Below are positions 24,491-32,000 of a stretch of DNA of 32,000 bases, piece after piece. Made by a program: the position numbers and the translations under genes. The first letter of the stretch is position 1; each line of letters begins with the position of its first letter. Origin of the DNA: Pyrolobus fumarii 1A (GTDB lineage: Archaea > Thermoproteota > Thermoprotei_A > Sulfolobales > Pyrodictiaceae). The notes beneath the pieces were generated by a model. The model saw only the letters and a program-made list of their open reading frames with translations. It ran no database searches and was not told the origin of the DNA. The DNA lies in contig NC_015931.1 in NCBI RefSeq assembly GCF_000223395.1, positions 1,050,001-1,082,000 on the forward strand, in the 5' to 3' direction.

Positions 24491-24569
24491 GTGGTGCGGC
24501 GGCCGGGATTTGAACCCGGGACTACCGGCTTGGAAGGCCGGCGTCCTAGTCCAGGCTAGACGACCGCCG
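24491..24569 (-). tRNA. tRNA-Gly: tRNA-Gly (anticodon UCC), CCA encoded, no intron
   Basis: The reverse complement folds as a cloverleaf. Acceptor GCGGCGG/CCGCCGC, D arm GUCU-AGCCUGGACUA-GGAC, anticodon arm CCGGC-CUUCCAA-GCCGG, variable UAGUC, T arm CCGGG-UUCAAAU-CCCGG, then A73 and CCA. Confidence 0.93.
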
Positions 24570-24603
24570 CGCTCTCCGGGTTCTCCACACTCCCGGTTGG
24601 AGT

Positions 24604-24609
24604 GTTTTA
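24604..24609 (-). promoter_or_regulatory. TATA-like TTAAAA upstream of tRNA-Gly
   Basis: A/T hexamer centred about 37 nt upstream of the mature tRNA 5' end. Confidence 0.35.
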
Positions 24610-24713
24610 AGCGGAGCGGGGTTGTGTTTCGCACTGGGCGGTTGAGGAGTAAGAGGGTCTCTGATTGTAAACCGGTGGTGATGAGCGGAAACGGGCCGAC
24701 GCCCTCCCTCGTC

Positions 24714-26072
24714 CTACGCGCGGTGGTAGCCTGCGCCGAGGGCCTCTAGTACCGCCTCGAGTATTGCTTCGCTGGCCGATGGGTGTGGGTGTGTGACGCC
24801 TGCGACGTCCCGTAGCGTCAGGCCCCTCTCGATTATGAGGGTGGCTTCGGCTGCTAGCTCGGAGGCGTGTGGGCCGGCGAGCCTCACGTAGACTATCCTG
24901 CCGTTGTCTGTGCGGTAGCCTATCTCGGCGTAGACTAGTTGCGCGGGGTGTCCTCGTATCCTCGCTGGCGCGGCGAAACCCCAGTAGTAGCGTATGCTCC
25001 TAACGCCCTCCCCATCCTCCAGCGTGACGTCGACAAGCTCCGGGTCGGTGTAGATAACCTGGGGGTAGACTCTGGGTCTCCTCCACCAGCCCCAGCCGAG
25101 GATATCCGCGGCGACGGTCAGAGACTCCATTAGCGCCTTGTGCGCCAGGAAGGGTGGGCCCGCTGCGTCGCCAACCAGGTAGACGTTGGGGTTGCCCCGG
25201 AGGCGTAGCTTCTCGTCGCGCTCTAGCCTCGCGCCGAGCGTGTTCTGCACCGCGTCTAGCCTCGGCCTCCTACCGATGAGCACGAGCGCAGCGTCATACT
25301 CTCTGCACTCGCCACCCGCACACACAACCACGTGGTCGTCGCGGCATTTTACCCTGCTCACGGGGGTGGATACGCGGGTCTCCACCCTCTCGCGCCGCAG
25401 CATCCTCGAGGCTATCCTGGAGAGGCTCTCGGGCAGCCCCGGCAAGAGCCTCTCGAGAGCCTCGAATATCGTTACGCTCGCGCCTAGCCTAGCCAGCGCG
25501 AGGCTTATCTCGACGCCTGCGACGCCCCCACCGATAACCGCTATGTGATCCGCGCCGTCGGGGAGCCCCCTCGAGAACAATCCGCGATTATCGAGTATCC
25601 TCTCGCACCTCTCGGCCCACGAGGGCCACGCGGGCTGAGAGCCCGTCGCGACGAGGACACGCCTAGCCTCGAAGACCCTATCCCCGGCCTCTACGCGGCA
25701 GCGGTTAGCGTCACAACCGCGTAGCACGGCGTGTTCGCGTACGACGTTAACGCCTACCCTCGAGAGTAGAGCCTCGAGTCCGCCTCGCTCCTCGCTCGCA
25801 GACCTGATGGCAAAGTCCAGGGCCTTATGGAGAGCCCCCTCGGGGAGCCCTCCCACAATACCCAAGCGTCTAGCCTCGTGAGCGACCAGGGCATAGTGGA
25901 GGAGGGCCTTGGAGGGTATGCAGCCGTAGTTCGCGCACTCGCCTCCGAGGAACACCTCCTCGAAGAGCACGACCTTCAATCCAGCCTTGGCGGCCGTTAC
26001 GGCCGCCGGGTAGCCCCCGATACCGCCACCCATCACGGCCAGGTCGTACACGGCGCTCAAACGACTCTGCAC
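24714..26072 (-). CDS. Class I pyridine-nucleotide-disulfide oxidoreductase (dihydrolipoyl-dehydrogenase-like flavoprotein)
   Basis: FAD motif VMGGGIGG, redox disulfide GGECANYGCIPSKALL, NAD motif VIGGGVAGVE, and a C-terminal interface motif HPHPSASE. Confidence 0.88.
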   Translation of the reverse strand: MQSRLSAVYDLAVMGGGIGGYPAAVTAAKAGLKVVLFEEVFLGGECANYGCIPSKALLHYALVAHEARRLGIVGGLPEGALHKALDFAIRSASEERGGLEALLSRVGVNVVREHAVLRGCDANRCRVEAGDRVFEARRVLVATGSQPAWPSWAERCERILDNRGLFSRGLPDGADHIAVIGGGVAGVEISLALARLGASVTIFEALERLLPGLPESLSRIASRMLRRERVETRVSTPVSRVKCRDDHVVVCAGGECREYDAALVLIGRRPRLDAVQNTLGARLERDEKLRLRGNPNVYLVGDAAGPPFLAHKALMESLTVAADILGWGWWRRPRVYPQVIYTDPELVDVTLEDGEGVRSIRYYWGFAAPARIRGHPAQLVYAEIGYRTDNGRIVYVRLAGPHASELAAEATLIIERGLTLRDVAGVTHPHPSASEAILEAVLEALGAGYHRA

Positions 26073-26152
26073 CCCACACGCCGCGCCCTGCCGCCACGAA
26101 GCCGGGTATAGAACGGTGCGCGGCGCTGGACGCCCCCAGGGCGTGTATAGGC

Positions 26153-27010
26153 GTGCTACTGGCCGTCGTGTTGGCTGGTGGGGCGGCCACCAGGCTACCC
26201 GGGAAGCTAGCGACGGTCGCGAAGCACGGCGAGAAGCTGCTACGCCACGTGGTGCGGGTGGCGAGCCTTGTAGCCGACGAGGTTGTGGTCGTTGCGCGGG
26301 GCTACGACCCCCGCTGGGGGCTGCACAGGTACGTCACCGTCTACGACGACCCGTTCTTCTACGGTAAGTGCGCGGGGCCGCTGGCTGGCATACTCTCGGC
26401 GCTGGGAGAGTCCCGGGCCTGGAGGGTGCTCGTGCTCAGCGGCGACTATGGACTAGTCACGCCGATGGTTATCGAGGCGCTGGTGGAGGCACACCGTGGG
26501 CGCGATACAGCTACGATACTCTGGTGTAATGGGCTCATAGAGCCACTCCTAACAGTCACGAGCCGCTCGACGCTCGAGAGGGTCAAGACGCTCTGCAGGA
26601 CAAGCCCAGGGTTGAAACCGCGGCCAACGCTGGTACACCGGCTGGCCGAGACGCTGCTCCTCCTGCCAATCAGCCACCTGGCGGTTGATCCCGTCCTCCT
26701 CGCGAGTATAAACACGCCGTGGGATCTGGTCACGCCGCGGCCGAAGGCCAGAGCAGCGTGTAGGATGGAGCCCCGTGTCCACAAGCCGCCGTTAGCAAGC
26801 CTGCCCTTCGGGAGGCTCGGGGAGCCGAATGTGCTCCTGGCGGAGGCGAGGTACTGGCTCGAGCACAACGTTAACCACCTGGCACTGCACGCTGCTCTCG
26901 ACGCGGAGGCTCTCGGGGCGACGGGGGCTGAGGCCCTAGCCAGAGAGGCTAGGGGGAGGCTGGGGTTGGAGAGGCTACACCAGGGTAGCGTGGCTCGCAA
27001 GGGACACTAG
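26153..27010 (+). CDS. MobA-like NTP transferase (molybdenum cofactor guanylyltransferase family) with a ~85-aa C-terminal extension
   Basis: N-terminal LAVVLAGGAATRLPGK (the LAGGxxxR motif) and VLSGDYGLVTP. The helical C-terminal tail has no motif I recognise. GTG start. Confidence 0.72.
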   Translation: MLLAVVLAGGAATRLPGKLATVAKHGEKLLRHVVRVASLVADEVVVVARGYDPRWGLHRYVTVYDDPFFYGKCAGPLAGILSALGESRAWRVLVLSGDYGLVTPMVIEALVEAHRGRDTATILWCNGLIEPLLTVTSRSTLERVKTLCRTSPGLKPRPTLVHRLAETLLLLPISHLAVDPVLLASINTPWDLVTPRPKARAACRMEPRVHKPPLASLPFGRLGEPNVLLAEARYWLEHNVNHLALHAALDAEALGATGAEALAREARGRLGLERLHQGSVARKGH

Positions 27011-27112
27011 CGAAATACGGGCCTGGCCTCGTAACCTGCAACGGGGGCTGTGAAGACCTGAGGGCACCCTGACTGGTGACGAAGCCCACACCAGCGGCCC
27101 ACGCGGAGCCCC

Positions 27113-27760
27113 CTAACCCCTCACACGTATACACTCGGGTGGTACACGAGGCGCCATGTAGACAGTCTTCCCGGCCTTGTAGACCGGTACCCCGCGCCTA
27201 GCGAGGCACTCCGTGTCAACCTCTAGTATCACGACGTCTGGGCCGTGGCGCCTGCCGGTCTCGTAGGCGTCCCTCGGATCAACCGTCATGTGGACCATCC
27301 TCCTCTTCATGGGTAGCAGCCCCTGCCTCATTATCGAGGGGAGGTTGCGCCTAACCGTACCGTGGTAGAGGATGCGGGGCGGGTTGGGGTCCGGCTCCAA
27401 CCGGTAGACGACTTGTATGCTGTGCCCGTACCTGGCTCGTATCCGGTCGCCGTGCACCTCGAAGCGGCCCTTGGGGTCTAGCGCGGCGAGCGCCAGTATA
27501 TGCTCCCTAGTCACCCACTGGTAGGCCTCGCGGTTCCTCCAGCACCTTCGTATCCCGCGGACAAGCTCGTCCAGCTGTACCCACCCCTCCTCGTCCGGCT
27601 CGAGGCAAGCCTCCCACGGGCCGTGGCGTAGGAGGAACGAGACTAGCTTCGATAGCCGGAGCCTCTGCTCGCCCGTCATCAGCAGGCTTGCTGGCCGCCC
27701 GCAGTGCACCGGCTCCTCGGTGTAGGCGCCGCAGACGCTACACTTGTACACGGGCTTCAA
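27113..27760 (-). CDS. kptA: RNA 2'-phosphotransferase Tpt1/KptA, possibly with an N-terminal Cys/His knuckle
   Basis: RLSKLVSFLLRHGP, DPKGRFEVHGDRIRARYGHS, LYHGTVRRNLPSIMRQGLLPMKRRMVHM and YKAGKTVYMAPRVPPECI closely follow archaeal KptA. The TTG at 27760 lies 3 nt after the upstream stop. An alternative ATG at 27679 (MTGEQRLRLSKL) would remove the knuckle. Confidence 0.9.
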   Translation of the reverse strand: MKPVYKCSVCGAYTEEPVHCGRPASLLMTGEQRLRLSKLVSFLLRHGPWEACLEPDEEGWVQLDELVRGIRRCWRNREAYQWVTREHILALAALDPKGRFEVHGDRIRARYGHSIQVVYRLEPDPNPPRILYHGTVRRNLPSIMRQGLLPMKRRMVHMTVDPRDAYETGRRHGPDVVILEVDTECLARRGVPVYKAGKTVYMAPRVPPECIRVRG

Positions 27761-27763
27761 GGC

Positions 27764-29617
27764 CTAGGCGCCCCCGAGGAGCGCCAGGACAACCGCCGCG
27801 ACTATCGCTGTTAGTAGCGCTGCATGCAGGAAACCGGCCTCGGTGAACCTCGCGGAGATCTTACCCGCCACCATGCCCATCATGAAGCTGTTCACGAGCA
27901 CAGCCATCGAGAATATCGTGGCAGCCTGCCAGAACTGCTCCGGCGTGAAGCCCGCGAGGCCGCCAAGCGCCTCCTGGGGTGCAGCGGTGAGCGTCTGCAC
28001 CGTGAACTGCAGCACCATCACCGTGGCGACAGCCGTCAGTATGGCGCCGAAGTATGGCATGAAGACGTAGGGCCTCGTCCTCCTCTTGAGATCCACCTCC
28101 AGCTCCGCGAGGACGGACGTGAACCTCGCGAGCGTATCGAGGGTTATCGGGCTACCACCGCCAACATCGATAGCATCCACGAGGAACGTCAAGATCATGA
28201 CCGTGAACCAGTCTTTGACTCGCTTCAACACCGCCTCGGTGCTCTTGCGGAGCGGAAACCCCCAGGCGACCCTAGCGGCTATCTGGCGCACGATCCACGT
28301 GAACCTACCATAATCCCTCCTCGCGACGTACACTAGGCTCCTCTCGGGTGAGAGGCCGGTCTTCCTAACCTCAGCGAGGTCGCGTAGGAAGCTAGCGAGG
28401 CTATGCTCTAGGCCCTTGGCGCCCCTGGTCTCCGAGAGGAACGCTACCGCCGTTGGCACCGCCACAGCCTCGAGGGAGACCAGCGTAGCCACCAGGGTCA
28501 ACATGAACGTCTTCTTGTCGTAGTTCCCGGCCATTATGTTGCCGAGCACGCCGGTGACAGCCGTGAGCAGGAAGAAGAGCACGAGAGCTAAGGGTATGCT
28601 AGCCAGGACGACCCTCTTGGACTTCTCTAGCTTGATGCCGCTAGGTGGCAACATCTTACCAATAACGACTAGCGTCGCGAGGCTCACGAGAGGCAGGACT
28701 ATGAACGAGAAGAGGATGAAGCTGATGAGCGCCTGGGGCCCGCCTCCCCCTATGCCAAGCAAGCTACCAGCCGCGAAGAACACGTAGAAGCCTATCGAGC
28801 CTATCACAGCGAAGATTATGTAGGCCTCTGCGAACGTAGCTATCCTCTCCGCGACGACGCGTATAGCGTTGATCCTGGCCTCGAAGAGCGTCGTCGTCTT
28901 AGCCTCCAGGTAGTGTACGATATCGCCGCCTGTCCTTATCACCGAGACCCAGCCGAGCATAAAGTCCTTGAACAGCCTGTTAGGGTGCCTTGCAGCCACA
29001 TACTCGATAGCCGAGAGGATGTCGCGTCCGAAGAACCTAACCTCCCTCATTATCCTCCTAGCTTCGTTCCTCATCGCGAAGAACACCTTAGACTCGGCCA
29101 TCTTCTCGATGATCTTGCCTATCGATATCCCGCCCCTAGCCAGGGTGGTCATGTAGGTGGCCGCGAAGGGCAGCTCGTACTCCACTCTCCTTGAGCGCTC
29201 GCCGGCCTTGCTCTGGGGGTACATCAGGCCCATGAGGAACGTGTACACCGGGATCATCGCGAGGACTATCGCGATTATCAGCTTAGCGGGTAGGGGTAGA
29301 GGCAGGTAGATCACCGGGAGTAGGGCGAGCAGAACAGCCACAATAGCGAGGTAGGTAACGAATATCACGCGCGCGCCGTACACAGCTGGGTGTACGTTCA
29401 AACCAGCCTCGGCCAGAAGCCTCTCAAGCTCGAACGTCCTCGCGAGCCTAGCGCCAAGGTCGCCAAAAGCGCTGAAAGCAATGGCGTCAAACTTCTCGGT
29501 GAAGGAGAGGGGTCTCGAAGGCGTGAGGTCTATCAAGCCGGGCGGTGCGGGCTGCCCCGCGCTTCTCTCTTCCCCACGCTTTCTCCTCGATAAGCGGAGA
29601 AACGGCAAGATACTCAT
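27764..29617 (-). CDS. FlaJ/TadC-like polytopic platform protein of a type-IV-filament system
   Basis: 617 aa with two T2SS-F-like halves. Each has a cytoplasmic helical domain followed by TM bundles. It lies directly downstream of the secretion ATPase. Confidence 0.82.
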   Translation of the reverse strand: MSILPFLRLSRRKRGEERSAGQPAPPGLIDLTPSRPLSFTEKFDAIAFSAFGDLGARLARTFELERLLAEAGLNVHPAVYGARVIFVTYLAIVAVLLALLPVIYLPLPLPAKLIIAIVLAMIPVYTFLMGLMYPQSKAGERSRRVEYELPFAATYMTTLARGGISIGKIIEKMAESKVFFAMRNEARRIMREVRFFGRDILSAIEYVAARHPNRLFKDFMLGWVSVIRTGGDIVHYLEAKTTTLFEARINAIRVVAERIATFAEAYIIFAVIGSIGFYVFFAAGSLLGIGGGGPQALISFILFSFIVLPLVSLATLVVIGKMLPPSGIKLEKSKRVVLASIPLALVLFFLLTAVTGVLGNIMAGNYDKKTFMLTLVATLVSLEAVAVPTAVAFLSETRGAKGLEHSLASFLRDLAEVRKTGLSPERSLVYVARRDYGRFTWIVRQIAARVAWGFPLRKSTEAVLKRVKDWFTVMILTFLVDAIDVGGGSPITLDTLARFTSVLAELEVDLKRRTRPYVFMPYFGAILTAVATVMVLQFTVQTLTAAPQEALGGLAGFTPEQFWQAATIFSMAVLVNSFMMGMVAGKISARFTEAGFLHAALLTAIVAAVVLALLGGA

Positions 29618-29690
29618 CCAGGAGCTATCCCGAACAAACTAGCCCTCTCTAGGCTTTGCGTCTACTCAGAGACGAGAATCTCCGTGATAG

Positions 29691-31283
29691 TCACGCTTTC
29701 TGTTCTGCTCTCCTCTTGCGCCTCCTCCTAGCCAGCCTCTCTAGCTCAGCCTCCGCGCGCTTGTAGACCTCGTCGGGCCTCGAGTAGTAGCTCTGCACTA
29801 TCTTCGCGACCTCCTCGACGGTGCTGACACCCCTCTCGGCCATCCACTGGAGCACCTTCGCCCTCCTCTCGAGCTCGGCTAGCATCTCTTCGTGCGTCAT
29901 GCCTATCTGCATGCCTATCCTTCGCAGCATCTCGCTCTCGTGGAAGAACGTCTCGAAGGTGTCGGTGAATGCGTCCCACCTGGCGACACGCTTGTAGTTA
30001 TCGTACTCTAGTATCTCGAAGACGTCGGTTATCCTCCTCTCGATCCTGCCCTGCGGGTTCTCCGGGGTGCGTATCCTCACACGCTTGATGATAATCGCGA
30101 GGTTCATGAGCGGGATGTAGCCGGGCGGGATGTTCATGGGCGGGGAGGTTAGCCTCTTCACAGCTGCTTCGACCGACTCAGCGTGGAGCGTCGTGAGGCC
30201 GCCGTGGCCGGTGGCTATAGCCTGGAAGAGGACGTAAGCCTCCTCGCCACGCACCTCACCCACGATTATCACGTCTGGCCTGTAACGCAGGCTCACCTTT
30301 ACCAGGTCGAAGAGAGTAACCTCGCCTACCTTCTCGGCGCCAATGCCGTAGCTGGGCCTCGCTACTAGCTGTACCCAGTTCTCGAGGGGTATCTTGAGCT
30401 CCGGGGTATCCTCGATAGTCACCACCTTTATCGTCGGACGGAAGAGGGTGGCCAGCGCGTTGAGTGTGGTGGTCTTGCCGGAGCCGGTCACGCCCATGAC
30501 CATCGCGGTTAGCTTGTTCTCCATGGCTATCCAGAGGTAGGCTGCAATCTCGGCTGTCAGCGTCTTCCTCCTAATCATCTCGGCTATGGTGACCGGCTGC
30601 TCCCTGAACTTACGGATGGTGAACGTCGAGCCTTTGGTCGAAACCTCCTTCTTGAACGTTGCTGCGAGACGGTGGCCGCCCGGTAGTATAGCGTCTAGTA
30701 TCGGGAAGGCTGTGGAGATGTGCTTGCCCGAGATGTGCGCGAGCCTCAGCACGTACTCGTCGAGCTCGTCGTGCGACCGGAACACTATGTTCGTGGGGAC
30801 GCTCTCATACTTACGGTGCCAGACGTACACTGGTATCCCGACGCCGTTGCAGCTGATATCCTCGATGTACGGGTCCCTCATCAGCGGGTCGATAGGCCCG
30901 AATCCGATGACGTCACGCTCGATGTAGTACATTATCTTGTGCCAGGAGACGCCCGGCACGTCGCCAAGTGATATCCGGAACTTGTGGATAACACGCCTAG
31001 CCTCCTCGCGGAGGTACTCGCGCGGATCCTCAACCTCCTCTGGCAGCTTAAGCTCCCACTGGAGCGCCTCAACGATCCTCTTGAATATCCTCCTCTCTCG
31101 CCTGGTCAACGGGAGCTCATCCACACAGTACTTGTAGCCACCCGTCTCGACGTTCCGGAGTATCACGGCGTAGGCGTACGGCTCGTAGAGGGGGTAGCGC
31201 TCGACGACCTCGTACCCCCGCTCGATGCAACCTCTCTGCTCGCTAGTAGCCCCCTCAGCCTCGACAGCCTCCGCTCTAGCCAC
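29691..31283 (-). CDS. FlaI/GspE/VirB11-family type II/IV secretion ATPase
   Basis: Walker A GVTGSGKTTTLNA, Asp box VTIEDTPEL, Walker B RPDVIIVGEVRGEEA, His box ATGHGGLTTLHA. GTG start. Confidence 0.92.
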   Translation of the reverse strand: MARAEAVEAEGATSEQRGCIERGYEVVERYPLYEPYAYAVILRNVETGGYKYCVDELPLTRRERRIFKRIVEALQWELKLPEEVEDPREYLREEARRVIHKFRISLGDVPGVSWHKIMYYIERDVIGFGPIDPLMRDPYIEDISCNGVGIPVYVWHRKYESVPTNIVFRSHDELDEYVLRLAHISGKHISTAFPILDAILPGGHRLAATFKKEVSTKGSTFTIRKFREQPVTIAEMIRRKTLTAEIAAYLWIAMENKLTAMVMGVTGSGKTTTLNALATLFRPTIKVVTIEDTPELKIPLENWVQLVARPSYGIGAEKVGEVTLFDLVKVSLRYRPDVIIVGEVRGEEAYVLFQAIATGHGGLTTLHAESVEAAVKRLTSPPMNIPPGYIPLMNLAIIIKRVRIRTPENPQGRIERRITDVFEILEYDNYKRVARWDAFTDTFETFFHESEMLRRIGMQIGMTHEEMLAELERRAKVLQWMAERGVSTVEEVAKIVQSYYSRPDEVYKRAEAELERLARRRRKRRAEQKA

Positions 31284-31413
31284 GGCTACACCCCTACACT
31301 GTGTACACCGGACGCTCAGAACTCCCCATAGTGGCTATCGGCGGGGTAGGAAATGTCGGGAGTCGTTAGAGTTTAGGTAGGGTGTGCACCGCCAGTGTGA
31401 CCGGGATTATGGT

Positions 31414-32000
31414 ATGGCTGTTAGGCTCGCCGCGCTGATAGTAGCCACTCTAATCACGCTTATCCTCCACGTGGTTGTTGCCCACGCCCAGCTACCCCCC
31501 TACAAGCCCCCCTATATCGAGGTGCAGGTGCCGGGGCGCGTAGCCACAGAGTACTTCGACGGCGGCAAGCTCTGGGTGGTGTACGAGCAGGGCGGCGAGA
31601 CGCACATAGCACTCTACACGCTGGTTGGGGGTGTGCCCGTCCAGCAGTGGGTTAGTAGTGTGCCAGGCGAGCCCATTGCAACAGCGACGACCGACGACCT
31701 TAGCCTGCTGGCCGTGGCGACCAGCGCCAAGAAGATAGTCGTGTATGATGTGAGCGGGCTGCCCATCCTCGAGATAGAGCGTGGCGTGCGCGGCAAACCG
31801 CTCTACGTCGCGCTCGCCTCGAGGAGCGGCGGCAAGGTAGATACTCTCATCGTCGTCGAGGTTGTCGGAGGCTCCTCGTACTGGGTTTACGCCTACGCCC
31901 TTGACAGGCCGGCTGCGAGGAGGGCTGAGCTCTGGCTCCCCGTACCCTCAGACCTCACGCTGGACAGGTTCAAGGTTGTCCCGGTGCGCGTGGCTGCGCG
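31414..32000 (+). CDS. Secreted or membrane-anchored protein, beta-rich, 3' end cut by the window edge
   Basis: Not in the ORF track because it has no stop. The ATG at 31414 opens a frame that runs to nt 32000. Sec-type signal MAVRLAALIVATLITLILHVVVAHA-QLPP, then alternating beta-strand-like segments (KLWVVYEQGG, KKIVVYDVSG, TLIVVEVVGG). Confidence 0.6.
   Translation, partial: MAVRLAALIVATLITLILHVVVAHAQLPPYKPPYIEVQVPGRVATEYFDGGKLWVVYEQGGETHIALYTLVGGVPVQQWVSSVPGEPIATATTDDLSLLAVATSAKKIVVYDVSGLPILEIERGVRGKPLYVALASRSGGKVDTLIVVEVVGGSSYWVYAYALDRPAARRAELWLPVPSDLTLDRFKVVPVRVAA

Noticed and set aside
24431-24749. ORFs of 67 and 89 aa overlapping the tRNA-Gly locus.
   Set aside because: They are fully explained by the tRNA gene and its flanks, and their composition is not protein-like.

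Overview
This is GC-rich, gene-dense DNA (roughly 85-90% coding) that looks archaeal, most like a hyperthermophilic crenarchaeon of the Desulfurococcales or Pyrodictiaceae type. That assignment is inference from gene content only: PaREP1, an archaeal MF_00584-type HTH regulator, KptA, FlaI/FlaJ-like genes, frequent GTG/TTG starts, and A/T-rich TATA-like boxes 25-40 nt upstream of starts. I can support about 35 protein-coding genes, one tRNA-Gly(UCC) and a few candidate promoter or operator elements. I saw no rRNA, CRISPR array, transposase or integrase.

Layout:
- 0-19.4 kb is mostly housekeeping, metabolic and envelope genes. These include a TrkA-C/PhoU protein, a large polytopic membrane protein, a CBS protein, an aldo-keto reductase, a PAPS-reductase-like PP-loop protein, an HTH regulator, a split DUF1616-like pair, an SDR and an SPFH protein. 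Further along are an orphan ABC-type ATPase, a secreted subtilisin, an RHH gene next to a HEPN-MNT pair, a Zn-ADH, TrmB, TatD and a triple winged-helix protein.
- 19.4-24.5 kb is an accessory, decaying patch lying downstream of the 3' end of tRNA-Gly. It holds vapBC, a gene remnant, a coiled-coil/TM protein, a ~470-nt non-coding gap, AbrB plus a frameshifted VapC, a TauE gene with no canonical start, and PaREP1.
- 24.7-32 kb holds a class I flavoprotein disulfide reductase, a MobA-like gene, and a minus-strand operon of a type-IV-pilus-like ATPase, a platform protein and KptA. A divergently transcribed secreted protein is cut by the window edge.

No clear-cut novel system is demonstrable from sequence alone. 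The best candidates for follow-up are the pilus-motor/KptA coupling, the ATPase-subtilase adjacency (Iet-like in layout only), the triplicated wHTH protein, the permuted DUF1616 pair and the tRNA-linked accessory patch. All family assignments come from motif recognition by eye and need HMM confirmation.
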